Shown: positions 1 to 11,277 of the stretch, piece after piece
Position numbering within the stretch: position 1 is the stretch's first letter
Layout of the letters: each line of letters begins with the position of its first letter
Source: a virus
Lineage: Duplodnaviria; Caudoviricetes
Length of the DNA stretch: 64,000 nucleotides
IMG/VR virus record: IMGVR_UViG_3300011616_000006
Span: 43,374 to 107,373 of that record
Direction: 5' to 3' (one strand)
Notes under the pieces: model-generated
What the model was told of the DNA's origin: nothing
What the model saw: the letters and a program-made list of their open reading frames with translations, nothing else
The model's database searches: none
Made by a program: the position numbers and the translations under genes

Positions 1-2444
1 CGATCCACACCACGCTTAATATCGGGGTATGCCAACTCGAGGTCTTTGTTAAAATTCTTCTGTGATACCGGCGATAATCCAGCATTGTTGCAATATTCCT
101 TGTACTTCATGAATAACTCGGTTCGCTCTGTTTCACCATCGGGGGTCATTTCACAGCTTTCCTCCACAAAAGATAAAACACTGTTGCTGTCAATGCGGTA
201 ACGCTGAAGTTCCGCTCTGGTACTTTCTGTTTCACTGAAATGAAAGCGATTTTGAATAAGCCTCTTCAATCCTTCCACAGCGAACATAAAAATACCGTCT
301 GCTTCGGCAGCGAACTTGTCAAGAAGTGCCGCATCCTGTTTTTCTGTTGGCACAGGCTTAGAGAATCGGATAATAATGAGCCTGCGGTAAAATCCTTCAG
401 ATTTATCGCCATAGTTCCGAGGGATTGAGTTGCACGAAAATAACAGCCTTGCATACGGCTGAAAAGTGAATGGGTCTTTGTTCTTCCTCTCTGCCGTCAG
501 AAAATCCTCGCCGACCAATGCCTTAAATATGCCGTTGTCATCAATGTTCTTGGTCGGAAGGTCAGCGAAAATATTCGCCAATTTCCCAAACAACTCCGCC
601 GTCTTAAATCGCTCATTTAGGTTCTGCCACGGAATATTGCTCACGTTCTGCTGCCCCAATAAAATCTCATTCAAAGTCAATAGCAGCTTAGATTTACCCG
701 CTCCGGGTTCTCCCACAATCACAAAGGATTTCTGTGCCTTATTCACGGGAATGAGAAAATAGCCAAGCATTTCCTGCACCAGAGGAATTTCTGCTTCGTT
801 CAGCGATTCGGTCAGAAACTGCCTAAAGCGAGGACAATCAGCATTCGGCGTGTAATTGACATTTAGCTGTACGGTTGATAAATATTCCGGGGTATGCGGT
901 GCAAAGCTGTCATTCAGGACATTGTACAATCCATTCTTGACGTTGAGGATATACGGATTGCTGTTGAGTTCTCTCAAAGGCTTAATAATTAGCATCCTCC
1001 ACTGACCGTCTGCATCCACAATATTTCCAAGCGTTGTGTACCTCGAAAGCAAACGAGAGCGTACAAGAGATTTTGCCTCCAAGTCAGAGACCTCCCTGTA
1101 CACACCATCCCTGTAAACGTAATACTGCTCGGCGCTGTAAAATGCCTGCACCTCTTTTCCCATATGCTCCGCCAACACGCCCGGCAGGAACTTGACACCT
1201 CCTCGATCCGTTAATTCGTACCAATCAGGAAGTTCATATCCACTAGCCTCACGCTTAGTTTCCTTGCTCTCTGAAAATTTCTTGTAGGCATCCTTGTGAA
1301 AAGAAATCAGCGGTTTCACGTCACCCGTCTTAAAATTAAAACGTGCCTTGATTTCATAATTGATAAATGGCTCGGCAATAACAGGCTCAATGTTGTAAAG
1401 ATAAGCCGATATGAAGTCCTTTGCGGTCTGTATATTTTCAAGCGGCATCTCCTGCACGTCTTTCTCCTGTAGAAAAACACGAAGGTCAGCAATATCCAAT
1501 GCCTTGTAACAAAGAGCGGCAGGTGACTTACAATTGCACGAACCGTCCTCCATCTTTGGGCATTTAAAGCCAAACTCGGCAATCTTACTGCAAGTCATCG
1601 GCTTCGTACCGGACGATAGAAAATGATTAATCTTATCCTGCGTTTCTGCTCTGCTGTATTTTGGGTATGGCTTGGAGAGTGCATGAATCGCACTCTCTCC
1701 ACTATCAAATACTGCAAGGTTTGTAATCATCGCATACCACTGATTTTCAGGGAGCGTCTTTCCATTGTCCTTACAATGCTGAATAAAGGAACAACGCCTG
1801 CCGACCAATGATAAGCCTTTTCTTGCACCTTTAGGCACAGGTGCTTTTATCTGCTGTTCATCGGGAATCTGAGGCAGATGGACCTCCAACTCCGCTTGAG
1901 TGTATCTCAGTTCCGGATTAAACTTGATGCATTCCACCATAACAGGCTCGGCTTTGCAGTGATTAAATCCGGGTAATCGGAACACACGGCTCTCATTGAT
2001 GCAAGCCGAATCACCGTTAAACTGTGACACAAGACGCTTCTGTACTCGGCGGAAATCCTCTAGCTTTGCATCTTTCACCAGCCAGTAGCAATGCAACGAT
2101 TTCTTGGTACGGACAATCATAGACGGCGGCAGCGGAAATGCCTCAATCTGTGCCATCTGCTCTTCAAGAGATAAACTGTCGCACTCCACAAATTGGGCAT
2201 TAATTCTTGTAATATCTGCATCTTCATGACCACCGAAATTGATAACAAAATAAATCCCTCGGTTCTGCTGATTGTGTTTCTTCAGCGTATCTACCATGCC
2301 TGCAATCTTCCCAGCGGCACACTCTAATTTCGCACCCTTAAAAGCACCTGTCTTACGGTCATCAAATACCCTTAAGCAAACAGTTTCACTTGGGTCAAAG
2401 AACGGGCGCAGAAACTCTTCTAGCGGTATGGATAAAGGCTTCAT
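1..2444 (-). CDS. Phage/plasmid primase-helicase (P4/D5 family), 3'-truncated by window edge
   Basis: Not in the ORF track because it runs off the edge. Starts MKPLSIPLEEFLRPFFDP at 2444, Walker A GEPGAGKS near 700, same frame reads open at position 1 (KNFNKDLELAYPDIKRVVD). Confidence 0.85.
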   Translation of the reverse strand, partial: MKPLSIPLEEFLRPFFDPSETVCLRVFDDRKTGAFKGAKLECAAGKIAGMVDTLKKHNQQNRGIYFVINFGGHEDADITRINAQFVECDSLSLEEQMAQIEAFPLPPSMIVRTKKSLHCYWLVKDAKLEDFRRVQKRLVSQFNGDSACINESRVFRLPGFNHCKAEPVMVECIKFNPELRYTQAELEVHLPQIPDEQQIKAPVPKGARKGLSLVGRRCSFIQHCKDNGKTLPENQWYAMITNLAVFDSGESAIHALSKPYPKYSRAETQDKINHFLSSGTKPMTCSKIAEFGFKCPKMEDGSCNCKSPAALCYKALDIADLRVFLQEKDVQEMPLENIQTAKDFISAYLYNIEPVIAEPFINYEIKARFNFKTGDVKPLISFHKDAYKKFSESKETKREASGYELPDWYELTDRGGVKFLPGVLAEHMGKEVQAFYSAEQYYVYRDGVYREVSDLEAKSLVRSRLLSRYTTLGNIVDADGQWRMLIIKPLRELNSNPYILNVKNGLYNVLNDSFAPHTPEYLSTVQLNVNYTPNADCPRFRQFLTESLNEAEIPLVQEMLGYFLIPVNKAQKSFVIVGEPGAGKSKLLLTLNEILLGQQNVSNIPWQNLNERFKTAELFGKLANIFADLPTKNIDDNGIFKALVGEDFLTAERKNKDPFTFQPYARLLFSCNSIPRNYGDKSEGFYRRLIIIRFSKPVPTEKQDAALLDKFAAEADGIFMFAVEGLKRLIQNRFHFSETESTRAELQRYRIDSNSVLSFVEESCEMTPDGETERTELFMKYKEYCNNAGLSPVSQKNFNKDLELAYPDIKRGVD

Positions 2445-2869
2445 GGCATCAACTCCTCACATTTATCACTAAAATATCGAATTGGTATTCCTCGCTTTTT
2501 TGCTTTTGCAATCTCGGTCTGCATACCGCTAGAAATCTCCGAACCAAACACCCATAACTGGTCACACTTGCCCATAATCACTAATCCAAAGAAAATGCCG
2601 ATGCTACGCTGTGCCTTGTCACTGTCATCCAAAATCTGCGGATACAAAAGATGTGGGGCAAAGGGGATCGCTCCTTGCTTCACAGCAAACCTTGAATAGT
2701 GTCGGGCATTTTCAAGATTCTGCTCTACATCACCGGCAAACGGTGAGCAGATGAATACCAGTGGTCGATATTCCTTTTGCTTTTCTTCACGGGTTACTTT
2801 TGATAATGCTTCATAGGTGGTCGGGTCATAATAACCCTCGCTGTTGTATTTATTTACACCCATAATCAC
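2441..2869 (-). CDS. DUF4406/nucleoside-deoxyribosyltransferase-like protein
   Basis: Motifs VFICSPFAGD, APHLLYPQ, CDQLWVFG..ISSGM..EI typical of this phage family. Confidence 0.7.
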   Translation of the reverse strand: MIMGVNKYNSEGYYDPTTYEALSKVTREEKQKEYRPLVFICSPFAGDVEQNLENARHYSRFAVKQGAIPFAPHLLYPQILDDSDKAQRSIGIFFGLVIMGKCDQLWVFGSEISSGMQTEIAKAKKRGIPIRYFSDKCEELMP

Positions 2870-4791
2870 TCCTCCATCTCTTTCATATTTCCAAATCTTG
2901 TGCCAACTGCTGCCTCTGCGATAACCGGAACATCAAACTCGGCAAAGGGCTGTGATTCCATACAAGATTTTACAAAGTCTATTGTTTCTGACACCTTACT
3001 CTCTGGTAGCTCAAACACCAATTCATCATGAATCTGCAGGAGCGGCCTAAGCCATGGTCGGTCAGGCAATCCGATAAGAATTCTGCCAAGTGCTAGTTTC
3101 AAAATGTCCGCTGCCGTTCCCTGAATTGGTGTATTTAATGCACATCTCTCGGCAAAGGACTTCTTTCCCCAATCAGTCGATGCAATATTGGGTAAATAAC
3201 GTCTCCTGCCAAGCCAAGTTTCAGTGTATCTGCGAAAGCCTGCTTGCTGCTTGGTTTCCTCCTGCCAACGGGTCAGTTCGGAATATCCAGCCTTGAGATT
3301 ATTGATGATTCGTTCGCACTCAGCCAGTGATGTCGGCAGCCCTGCCTTGAACTTCAGCGTTCTCTGCAGTCCTTTGGGGAACAGACCGAAGAATGTGCCG
3401 AAGTTGCAGTTCTTGGCGATGGTACGGCGCTCTTTGTAATCGGGAGCATCCTTATCCACCGCCTGTTCAAAAGGAATATGATAAATAACCGCTGTGGTTC
3501 GGGCATGAATATCACCACCGGAGCGGTAAGTCTCCAGCATTTTTTCATCCCTGCAGTAAAATGCACCCACTCGCAGTTCAATCTGCGAAAAGTCCAGTGA
3601 CAATAAAACCTTGCCCTCCGGTGCAATAAAGAAGTTACGGATACCAACCTCATCCGCTCCGGCACGGGGCATATTTTGCAGATTAGGATTCCTCGCTGCG
3701 AATCTTCCCGTTTCTGTTGTCAATGGCATAAGGTCTGGGTGTATGCGGCCGGTAGCAGAATTTAGATATCCTAAATATCCGTCAATATATGTGGACTTGA
3801 TTTTACCCCATCGGCGATATTCCTGAACTAGCTTGAACAGCGGCATATACTCCGGCTTGTTTTCTTCGCACCATTCAGAGAGCAGAACCATCACTTCATC
3901 GTCCATTGCTTCTTGGAACTTTGCTGTGGTCTTAAAAACAGGCAGCTTTAAATCGTTGTATAAATATTTCTTAAAAGCAGCGGTGCTGGCATTCGCCCCG
4001 ATATTTACATCACCTATGATAAATGCAATATCTTCACGCAACTTCGCCAGATGTTCTTCAGCCTCGGTCTGTTTCTCTCGCATTAAGATTTCATCAGCAA
4101 GTAAGCCATTGTATTTCATGATGCCGACATACACCGCCGTGGGTGATTCGATTTGCTCTACAATAAAACGATGCTTTGGCAGAAAACGGTCAAACCAGTT
4201 ATTAAACAAATGATACAATTGCAAAGCATAATCAGAGTCGGCACAGGCATAGCGAATTGTTTCTGTGTCCTGCGGATCGAGTTCATCAAAGGAACTGCCA
4301 CCTGTAACCTCGCCAAAAGACGGCAGTTCCACACCAAGCAGTTCTGGCACTAAAGTTTTCAGACCGCTGTCACCCAGAGTACGGAAAGCAGTATTGCTTT
4401 TCAGTGTTAGCTGTGATGCGGCAATCGTATCGTAAACAGGTGACTGCACCACAATCCCTCTTGCATAGAGGAACATGGACTCAAAACTGAGATTGTGCGC
4501 TATCTTGATGATGTTGATACTCTGGAAAATCTCATTCATAAGCCATTGCCAGATTTCTTCCTGATTGATGGCATTCTGTCCAATTCGGTGTGTCAGCGGG
4601 ACATATACTCCCGTACCTTCAGCAACCGAAAAGCTAATGCCGACAATATGAGATTTATGTGCATCAAGTGCCGCCTTTGGTTCTTCACGATATGCTTCAT
4701 CTGGTGCAGTTTCAAAGTCGAAAGCAACTGGGGAAGCCCCAGACAAATATGTCTGAAGCCCCGCCAGTGCTGTTACACAGCGATATCCCAT
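2866..4791 (-). CDS. Family A DNA polymerase with 3'-5' exonuclease domain (phage-type)
   Basis: Exo DFET, motif A DFSQIELR, motif B RTIAKNCNFG, motif C QIHDEL. Confidence 0.95.
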   Translation of the reverse strand: MGYRCVTALAGLQTYLSGASPVAFDFETAPDEAYREEPKAALDAHKSHIVGISFSVAEGTGVYVPLTHRIGQNAINQEEIWQWLMNEIFQSINIIKIAHNLSFESMFLYARGIVVQSPVYDTIAASQLTLKSNTAFRTLGDSGLKTLVPELLGVELPSFGEVTGGSSFDELDPQDTETIRYACADSDYALQLYHLFNNWFDRFLPKHRFIVEQIESPTAVYVGIMKYNGLLADEILMREKQTEAEEHLAKLREDIAFIIGDVNIGANASTAAFKKYLYNDLKLPVFKTTAKFQEAMDDEVMVLLSEWCEENKPEYMPLFKLVQEYRRWGKIKSTYIDGYLGYLNSATGRIHPDLMPLTTETGRFAARNPNLQNMPRAGADEVGIRNFFIAPEGKVLLSLDFSQIELRVGAFYCRDEKMLETYRSGGDIHARTTAVIYHIPFEQAVDKDAPDYKERRTIAKNCNFGTFFGLFPKGLQRTLKFKAGLPTSLAECERIINNLKAGYSELTRWQEETKQQAGFRRYTETWLGRRRYLPNIASTDWGKKSFAERCALNTPIQGTAADILKLALGRILIGLPDRPWLRPLLQIHDELVFELPESKVSETIDFVKSCMESQPFAEFDVPVIAEAAVGTRFGNMKEMEE

Positions 4792-5579
4792 TAGTGACCT
4801 CCTTGTAACGGCTCAATAATCTCGCCAGTTTCGGGGTCAATATTTTCCATTGGCATTTCATCCATTTCCTCTACACTGTCATAATCGAACGCCACATTTT
4901 TGCTGAATTCCTTGACCTGCTCACTCATTTTATTGATAAGGGCAAACTCATCTGCTGTAAGCGGACGGTCGACAGCGAACTGTGCCTGTGAATAGGCAAG
5001 ACCGCCACTGTTGGTGGCTTTCTTCAGAGAAAAGCGAGTGACCACACTGTTGGACTTTCTACCTTTGCCGAGCAAGCGTTTAATATATTTGGTGAACTCC
5101 TTTAACGAACCAGTCGGCAGGGAAAGCAATAACGGGAAAATCTCACCTTCACGGAGCAGATAAATCCTGCGGCGGTTCTTACACGCTTTGGAATTGTTCT
5201 CGCCAGAGCCGAACTGATTGTATGGACACTTCTTGCAGTTCCCGCCGGGATCACCCTCACCGACAACACCGTCAAAACTGCCGCAGTCAGGTGGATTATT
5301 GCCGCCAGTGTATTTCTCTTTGTAATAAGCCATCAGCGGATGATGGAACAATATCACTGCACTAAATTCCTTAACGCTTTCTGCCTCAGCTGGGTCTTCG
5401 CCGGGAACCTCATATACCGTACTGCCTGCTGACGGAATCTTAATACGCTCGAAACTCATATCTAATCCGTCAAGCTCCTCGGCCATCATTGCCGCCATAT
5501 CCACGTTCGCTAACCCTGTATATCCGCTCTCCTGCGGTACCAATGCCTGTTCATTTTTTGATTCATTCTTCTTAGCCAT
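4791..5579 (-). CDS. Hypothetical protein, probable phage ssDNA-binding protein
   Basis: Sits in replication module, Cys cluster, acidic C-terminal tail (IDPETGEII). Confidence 0.55.
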   Translation of the reverse strand: MAKKNESKNEQALVPQESGYTGLANVDMAAMMAEELDGLDMSFERIKIPSAGSTVYEVPGEDPAEAESVKEFSAVILFHHPLMAYYKEKYTGGNNPPDCGSFDGVVGEGDPGGNCKKCPYNQFGSGENNSKACKNRRRIYLLREGEIFPLLLSLPTGSLKEFTKYIKRLLGKGRKSNSVVTRFSLKKATNSGGLAYSQAQFAVDRPLTADEFALINKMSEQVKEFSKNVAFDYDSVEEMDEMPMENIDPETGEIIEPLQGGH

Positions 5580-5604
5580 AATCTAAAACCTCCATAAATT
5601 TGAT

Positions 5605-6018
5605 TTATTTTGCTTTACGCACTCCAACCGTTGTCTTCTCAAATACATTTACTAAGCCGTTCAGCCAATCTGGTAATACATCCTCGTTCTCACCAATTTG
5701 CTCCTTGACAAACGAAGATAGAGAATTGGCATTGACGGTTTCATACACCAAATCGCCATAACCTTGCTCACGAAGAGCTGCATACAGTTCCTCCTTGGAA
5801 CCGGCGACTGCCGAAGCACGGGTCTTGGTAGTCAGACAGAACATCGTGCCGGAGCGAGTGAAATTCTGTGTTTCCGTTTCTGCCATAAGCTCTGAAAGAC
5901 GATAATCCGTCTCATCAATCTGAGCATTAATTTCCTTAAGCTGTGCCTCTGCCTCTGATTTGTCATCACGCAGGCTCTTCAGCTTTTCAGCCAGTACAAA
6001 CATTTTTTCGTTATCCAT
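5605..6018 (-). CDS. Hypothetical phage protein (coiled-coil)
   Basis: ORF co-oriented and tightly packed in the replication operon. Confidence 0.6.
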   Translation of the reverse strand: MDNEKMFVLAEKLKSLRDDKSEAEAQLKEINAQIDETDYRLSELMAETETQNFTRSGTMFCLTTKTRASAVAGSKEELYAALREQGYGDLVYETVNANSLSSFVKEQIGENEDVLPDWLNGLVNVFEKTTVGVRKAK

Positions 6019-6027
6019 AAATATCAA

Positions 6028-7479
6028 TCATCCTTTCAATGAAAATGGGTTTTGTCCTCGCCGATAGTCATCTACCAGCGTTCTTGCTAAATCTGCCTTA
6101 GAGCGGAGTGCCTCTAGCACCTTTTCATCCACTGTGCCTTTTGCCACAAGATAAATGTAGGTGCAGTTTTCTTTCTGTCCAACACGATGAATTCGTGCCT
6201 TTGCCTGTTCAAAGTTGCTCATGCTGTAATCCTCAGAATAAAATACCATGGTGCTTGCAGCAGTCAGAGTAATACCAAGTCCTGCCGTGGCAATCTGCCC
6301 GATAAAAACTTGTGTGTTCGGGTCATTCTGAAATGCTGTAACCTGCTCTTCACGGTCTTTGACACCGCCCATGATGCAGGAATAACCGATGCCGCATTTT
6401 TCAAGCAACTTGCTGATAGCGTTGATTTCCGCTACAAACCGAGCAATAATTACCAGCTTTTTTTCTTCCTGCAGAACTTGCTCTACAATATCCTCCAGTG
6501 CCGACAACTTTGCTGTGCTGATTCGCTGCGGAGCATTACCCTCATCATCGCCGATAAAACCGCCTGTAAGCTGCGATAGGCGAAGTAGGCGAGTAAGAAC
6601 ATTTGTGACAGTAACTTCACTCTTACCAAGCTCTGCATAGGATTCCTTTACCAAGTCGTTATACACTCTTGCGGCGGCAGGCTCTAAATCCACATAGCGA
6701 ATGATATCTGTCATCTCTGGCAGGTCAAGGCATTCCGCCTTTGTTGCCCTGAAAGCGATGCAGTGCAGACGTTTCATCAATTCCTGCTCCATGTTTTTCT
6801 TCATTACTGGTGTGTGATTGCCATAACCAGTCATGTCAAAGTAACGGTTTCGGAAGGAATAAAAGCTGTTACCGAAGATAGCCGGGTTCACGAATTTGTA
6901 CTGCGAAAACACATCGATTGCTTTGTTCGTGATAACCGTTCCAGTAAGCAGCAATCGGTAGCCTGCCTTTGCACCAATTCGGTGCATTGCTTTGGATGCT
7001 GAGATATTATGAGTCTTGATTTTGTGTCCTTCATCAGCAATGATGAGATTGGGATTCCAAGCAGTAATCTCTTTTTCTAATCGCCATGCCGATTCATAAT
7101 TGACCACTGCCACCTGCAGTGGTGGGTAATCCATACACTTAAGTTCTTCAGCCTTCTTTGCTCCGCTGCCACTTAATACCGATAGGGAATACTTGAAATC
7201 TGCAAACTTCTGAAATTCCTCATCCCAAACACCAACAATTGAAAGCGGAGCAACTACCAGTACCCGGCGGATTTTGCCGGACTGATACAATGCACCAGTA
7301 ATCGCAATGCTGGTAATGGTCTTGCCGGTACCCATTTCCATGAGCAGTGCTACTCCTTGACTTCGTGCCTCGTGTTCGCCCAAACCAAACTGCCTGCAGG
7401 CAAAAGCAAACGCCTCCCTCTGATGCCGATACGGCGATGCCTTAATCGGCATGGGCGGATACGAGTTGTTTTCCTGCAT
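6028..7479 (-). CDS. SNF2-family (DEAD/DEAH-box) helicase
   Basis: EMGTGKT, DEGH, LTGT, QAKARIHRVGQ; SD GGAGG before ATG at 7479. Confidence 0.92.
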   Translation of the reverse strand: MQENNSYPPMPIKASPYRHQREAFAFACRQFGLGEHEARSQGVALLMEMGTGKTITSIAITGALYQSGKIRRVLVVAPLSIVGVWDEEFQKFADFKYSLSVLSGSGAKKAEELKCMDYPPLQVAVVNYESAWRLEKEITAWNPNLIIADEGHKIKTHNISASKAMHRIGAKAGYRLLLTGTVITNKAIDVFSQYKFVNPAIFGNSFYSFRNRYFDMTGYGNHTPVMKKNMEQELMKRLHCIAFRATKAECLDLPEMTDIIRYVDLEPAAARVYNDLVKESYAELGKSEVTVTNVLTRLLRLSQLTGGFIGDDEGNAPQRISTAKLSALEDIVEQVLQEEKKLVIIARFVAEINAISKLLEKCGIGYSCIMGGVKDREEQVTAFQNDPNTQVFIGQIATAGLGITLTAASTMVFYSEDYSMSNFEQAKARIHRVGQKENCTYIYLVAKGTVDEKVLEALRSKADLARTLVDDYRRGQNPFSLKG

Positions 7480-7636
7480 CTTCTTTTGCACCTCCACTTT
7501 CTGCTGACCTCTGCTCTAACAGAATCAGCTTTTTTGCCAGCCGCTTTGACACCAGACTGATTGCCGTAAGTACACCGACAAGTTCTTCGGTAGTGTCAGC
7601 TTCATGAGTCAAAGCAGCAGTTGATTTTTTCTCCAT
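7442..7636 (-). CDS. Small hypothetical protein
   Basis: SD GAGGTG then ATG at 7636; first gene of the replication operon. Confidence 0.55.
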   Translation of the reverse strand: MEKKSTAALTHEADTTEELVGVLTAISLVSKRLAKKLILLEQRSAESGGAKEDAGKQLVSAHAD

Positions 7637-7725
7637 TGATTTCACCTCTTTCTGAGGGATAAAAATACCCCCTCACTCTATAAGGAAAGTAAGGGGGCAG
7701 GCGGCAACCCTAATTCAAAAACTTT

Positions 7726-8127
7726 TTATGAATTGAGTAGCTTTTTAAGTTTTTCTAATATTCGAACTTTCTTTTTATGTACCGCTTGGTGAGATATGCC
7801 CTTTTGATTAGCCACTTCACGCTCTGACTTTTCTTGATAAAACAAGGCATCTATCAGACTGCGCTCATCCGCTGTTAATTCATCTAAAGCAGTTAAAAGA
7901 ATATCCAACAACAGCTTGTCCTCTACAATTTCATCAACCAGTTTCTGATTTGTGTCAGCTTGTCCATCAAAATCGTTCTCAAGCATGAAATCGTAAGAAC
8001 ATTCCCTTGTAGCTCTCACAACATCTTGTTTCTCTTCTCGCCACTCGGCACGTTTATATGTACGATACACTTCTTCAGTCACTGGTATCTCTTTGCCGTC
8101 AAGCCAGATATACCACTTTTTACTCAT
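7726..8127 (-). CDS. Sigma-70 region 4 domain regulator (Tn916 Orf7-like)
   Basis: LDELTADERSLIDALFYQEKSEREVA..GISHQAVHKKK helix-turn-helix; SD GGAGG. Confidence 0.85.
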   Translation of the reverse strand: MSKKWYIWLDGKEIPVTEEVYRTYKRAEWREEKQDVVRATRECSYDFMLENDFDGQADTNQKLVDEIVEDKLLLDILLTALDELTADERSLIDALFYQEKSEREVANQKGISHQAVHKKKVRILEKLKKLLNS

Positions 8128-8225
8128 TGCACTTCCTCCTTTCCTTGAAATTCAAAGAAAGGGGAAGAGGAGGTGCTCTCGCCCTAAAGAACGGGCGTTC
8201 GTCAGAAAATGATAAATTTCGCAAC

Positions 8226-8269
8226 AAAAAAAGCGTGGAGATAAACCTTTCGGCTAAGCTCCACGCTTT
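8226..8269 (-). terminator. Rho-independent terminator/attenuator upstream of the sigma-like gene
   Basis: 11-bp stem AAAGCGTGGAG/CTCCACGCTTT followed by a T-run on the minus strand. Confidence 0.7.
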
Positions 8270-8521
8270 AAGTATTATTATGTAGTTGTTTGGTTCCTTT
8301 TGTTGCTTGAATAAACAACGCACGGCGGCCACCTCCTTGGTGCCGCCGTGCAAATGAGCGCAACAAATCATTTAAAATGACCTTATACGCACATCGCTAT
8401 CTTATCTTTTTTATAGATAGACGGCGTCTCTTATTTTGATGAATACTAGTAATTTGATATTAGTAGTTAACAGGCTGTCACAAAGACAAAAAGAGCCGAT
8501 GTACCGTGATTTCTCACAAGT

Positions 8522-8710
8522 TCATCGGCTCTGCGTCTTAGCGTCTGGCTCTTTGATGACATTTATTTGTAAATCTTTAGCTTGTATTAAGCTCTCTTGT
8601 TTGCATTTCGGACAGTAAAGCGGAAAGTTCATCAGAACGGTATCCGCTCTAATCCTGTCACGGGTTTTACTGTTGCAAACAGGACACATTATCCATTTTA
8701 CTTTTTCCAT
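8522..8710 (-). CDS. Cysteine-rich KTR domain protein (Cpp-like)
   Basis: WIMCPVCNSKTR...NFPLYCPKCK..EPDAKTQSR; this family is commonly adjacent to resistance genes in clostridial elements. Confidence 0.85.
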   Translation of the reverse strand: MEKVKWIMCPVCNSKTRDRIRADTVLMNFPLYCPKCKQESLIQAKDLQINVIKEPDAKTQSR

Positions 8711-8801
8711 AGGCTTCACCTCTTTGTACCATAACCACTCCATTCACCCAATCAATGGGGAGTAATTGCGACTTCAGATTATTATGGTCTTATATAATTA
8801 C

Positions 8802-9614
8802 TTAAAATAAACTATTTACTTCGTCTATCAGATTTCTCAAATGATGACATGCTTCTAACAAATCAGTACCAATCAACGAAAAGATAATATTTATTTTTTC
8901 GTTGTAATTATCAGGATGAATTAGAAACCTATCTATCATTTGTACAGCTTTTTTCTCATTGAGGCAGTATTGTTCATTTAGTGCAAAAAGCACTTGATTG
9001 AGTGCAGAAATAGAACGTACAAGGTGAGCTACCACATAATAAACATCGTTTCTTGAAACATTGTTTTCAGCAAACATTAGAGAAAAACCAGCTTCGAAAG
9101 AAAAGAAATGTATTATTGGTTCCTTCAAATTTTGTGGATACTCCTCTGCAATCTTTTTTAGTTCTTTTATTTCATCACTTTTACTCCACAGCAGTTTACA
9201 AATAGCAAGTTCACCCATATACATTACATTGAGATAGGCATGTGGATGCCCTGTTTGATAATGTGAAGTGACAATTCCTTCTCGGCAATCTTGAATAGAT
9301 TTTTTCACTCGGCTTATATCCCGCAAAATAAGGTCAATATGCACACTGTCAGTACTAAGCCAACATCCGCCATTCACCCATGCTCCCCACTCTCCGGGTC
9401 TTGCAAGTAGGTTTGGTCTATGCTCTTGGTCTAAAAATTGCATTCGTTCTTCTAACAAAGACAAGTCAAGCGTTCGTTTGTCGTAATACAATCCAATATC
9501 AATATCAGAGTCAGGATTGTGAGTACCCCTTGCACGTGATCCGCCAAGTACAATTGCCTCAAGTCCTTTTATGTCCTTTAATGAATTAACAATATTTTCA
9601 ATAATACTTTTCAT
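8802..9614 (-). CDS. Nucleotidyltransferase-domain protein (DUF4037-like C-terminus)
   Basis: LGGSRARG..PDSDIDI Pol-beta-type NTase motif. Confidence 0.85.
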   Translation of the reverse strand: MKSIIENIVNSLKDIKGLEAIVLGGSRARGTHNPDSDIDIGLYYDKRTLDLSLLEERMQFLDQEHRPNLLARPGEWGAWVNGGCWLSTDSVHIDLILRDISRVKKSIQDCREGIVTSHYQTGHPHAYLNVMYMGELAICKLLWSKSDEIKELKKIAEEYPQNLKEPIIHFFSFEAGFSLMFAENNVSRNDVYYVVAHLVRSISALNQVLFALNEQYCLNEKKAVQMIDRFLIHPDNYNEKINIIFSLIGTDLLEACHHLRNLIDEVNSLF

Positions 9615-9693
9615 TTTTCTCCTCTTCTAATAAAAATGTTAAATTGATTTATAGATTTGTCACTTCGGGAGGATTTGTCCCAAAGTGTCCCCT

Positions 9694-11157
9694 CTACTTC
9701 AATTTGTGTATTTTGCAATCCCGTATCTCATATACAATATCCGCCACATTATCAATTAACTTTTTATCATGCGAAACAAATAAAATTGTTCCTGCATAAT
9801 TCTTAATCATACTTTCCAATGCTTCCATACTAAAGATATCAAGATAATTAGCTGGTTCATCCATAAGCAAGATATTATACCGTCCTAACAACATTTTAGA
9901 AAGCAGTAGTTTAATTATTTCACCGCCAGATAATACAGATAGGTCTTTATTGATATCATTTTGTCTAAATCCCATTGATGCTAAGACCCCACGTATTTCT
10001 GATACTTGATAATCACAATCCTCTTGCATAAAAGAAATAACAGATTGATTTGCTATAAACTGATATCCTGTTTGAGCAAAGTAGCCAATTACCGCCTTTG
10101 GTGAAATGGTAAGCATTTCGTTGTTGGATAAAACCATCTTTAATAATGTGGTTTTACCCGTTCCATTACCTCCAGTCAAAGCGACTTTTGCACCAAGAGG
10201 AATATTAAAGCTGGCACTTTCAAATATCACACGCTCTCCAAATTTCAAATTGATATTATCACCCACAACTGGAAATTTATTGTGTAATTCTAAGGCTTTA
10301 CTTTGTCTGAAACGAATATTGACAATACGTTCGGAGGCACTAAGATCCCCCATTTTCTCGATTTTGCGTTCCATGTTTAAGGCGGCATTATATATTTTTT
10401 TCTGTTTGCTACCAGTACTTTTCTGATGTCCTAATCTGCCGGTACTTTCATTAGAATTTTTCTTCACAGTTCCTTTTTGTTTATTATCAATCTGTCGTGC
10501 TTGATTCCGTTTCTCTTCTGCTGCACGTTCTAATCGCTCACGTTCCTGTTTAATCTGTTCATATTGCTTAGCTTTCTGTTCACGTTCTACCTCTTTTTGA
10601 TTAAGATAATCACTATACCCACCCCAATATTCAGTAATTTTTCCGTCTTTTAGTTCCCATATTTTATCCACAACCTTATCCAAAAAATAACGGTCATGAC
10701 TAATAATCAACAATGCCCCATCAAACGATTTTAGATGTCCAATTAATAACTCTATTCCCGCACGGTCAAGATGGCAAGTTGGCTCATCTGCAAACAAAGC
10801 ATGAACTTGCTTGGATAAAGCTATTGCAATTTTAGAGCGTGTTTCTTCACCTCCGCTCATAGTATCTTTCTGTAAGCCGGACACACCTAAGCGTGATAGC
10901 ATAGCGGGGTCATAAGCTTCTTCTAACATAATACTTTCAAGTTGTTGTATATAAGCTATTTCTCCAAAACGCTGTATTTTACATTCCGACGGGGCAATTC
11001 CCCCAGCTAGAATATTTAAGAGAGTGCTTTTTCCTTCACCATTATTGCCGATTAAACCAATTCGGTCATATGAGTACAATTCTAGTTCATCAATATCTAA
11101 AACATCACGTCCTGTATATTCAACGCGGATGTCATTTGCTTTTATAATTAATTCCAT
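9694..11157 (-). CDS. msr: Msr-family ABC-F ribosomal protection protein (Msr(D)/Msr(E)-like, divergent)
   Basis: 487 aa, two NBDs ([26 protein letters not shown]), linker [19 protein letters not shown] shared with Msr proteins. Confidence 0.92.
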   Translation of the reverse strand: MELIIKANDIRVEYTGRDVLDIDELELYSYDRIGLIGNNGEGKSTLLNILAGGIAPSECKIQRFGEIAYIQQLESIMLEEAYDPAMLSRLGVSGLQKDTMSGGEETRSKIAIALSKQVHALFADEPTCHLDRAGIELLIGHLKSFDGALLIISHDRYFLDKVVDKIWELKDGKITEYWGGYSDYLNQKEVEREQKAKQYEQIKQERERLERAAEEKRNQARQIDNKQKGTVKKNSNESTGRLGHQKSTGSKQKKIYNAALNMERKIEKMGDLSASERIVNIRFRQSKALELHNKFPVVGDNINLKFGERVIFESASFNIPLGAKVALTGGNGTGKTTLLKMVLSNNEMLTISPKAVIGYFAQTGYQFIANQSVISFMQEDCDYQVSEIRGVLASMGFRQNDINKDLSVLSGGEIIKLLLSKMLLGRYNILLMDEPANYLDIFSMEALESMIKNYAGTILFVSHDKKLIDNVADIVYEIRDCKIHKLK

Positions 11158-11277
11158 ATTTTCCTCCTATCACATTGCCATGCAGAATCAAACCCTTTTC
11201 TGTTTTGAAACAGGCCGTTCTGCAACTGCTGATTTTCCTACTACTGTAACGCTAATGATTAAAGATAATTTTTCTTA

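Noticed and set aside
2403-2410. CGGGCGCA match to the TR 3' end, possible second VR
   Set aside because: Only 8 bp, inside the primase N-terminus, with no upstream similarity; no second VR was seen in the window
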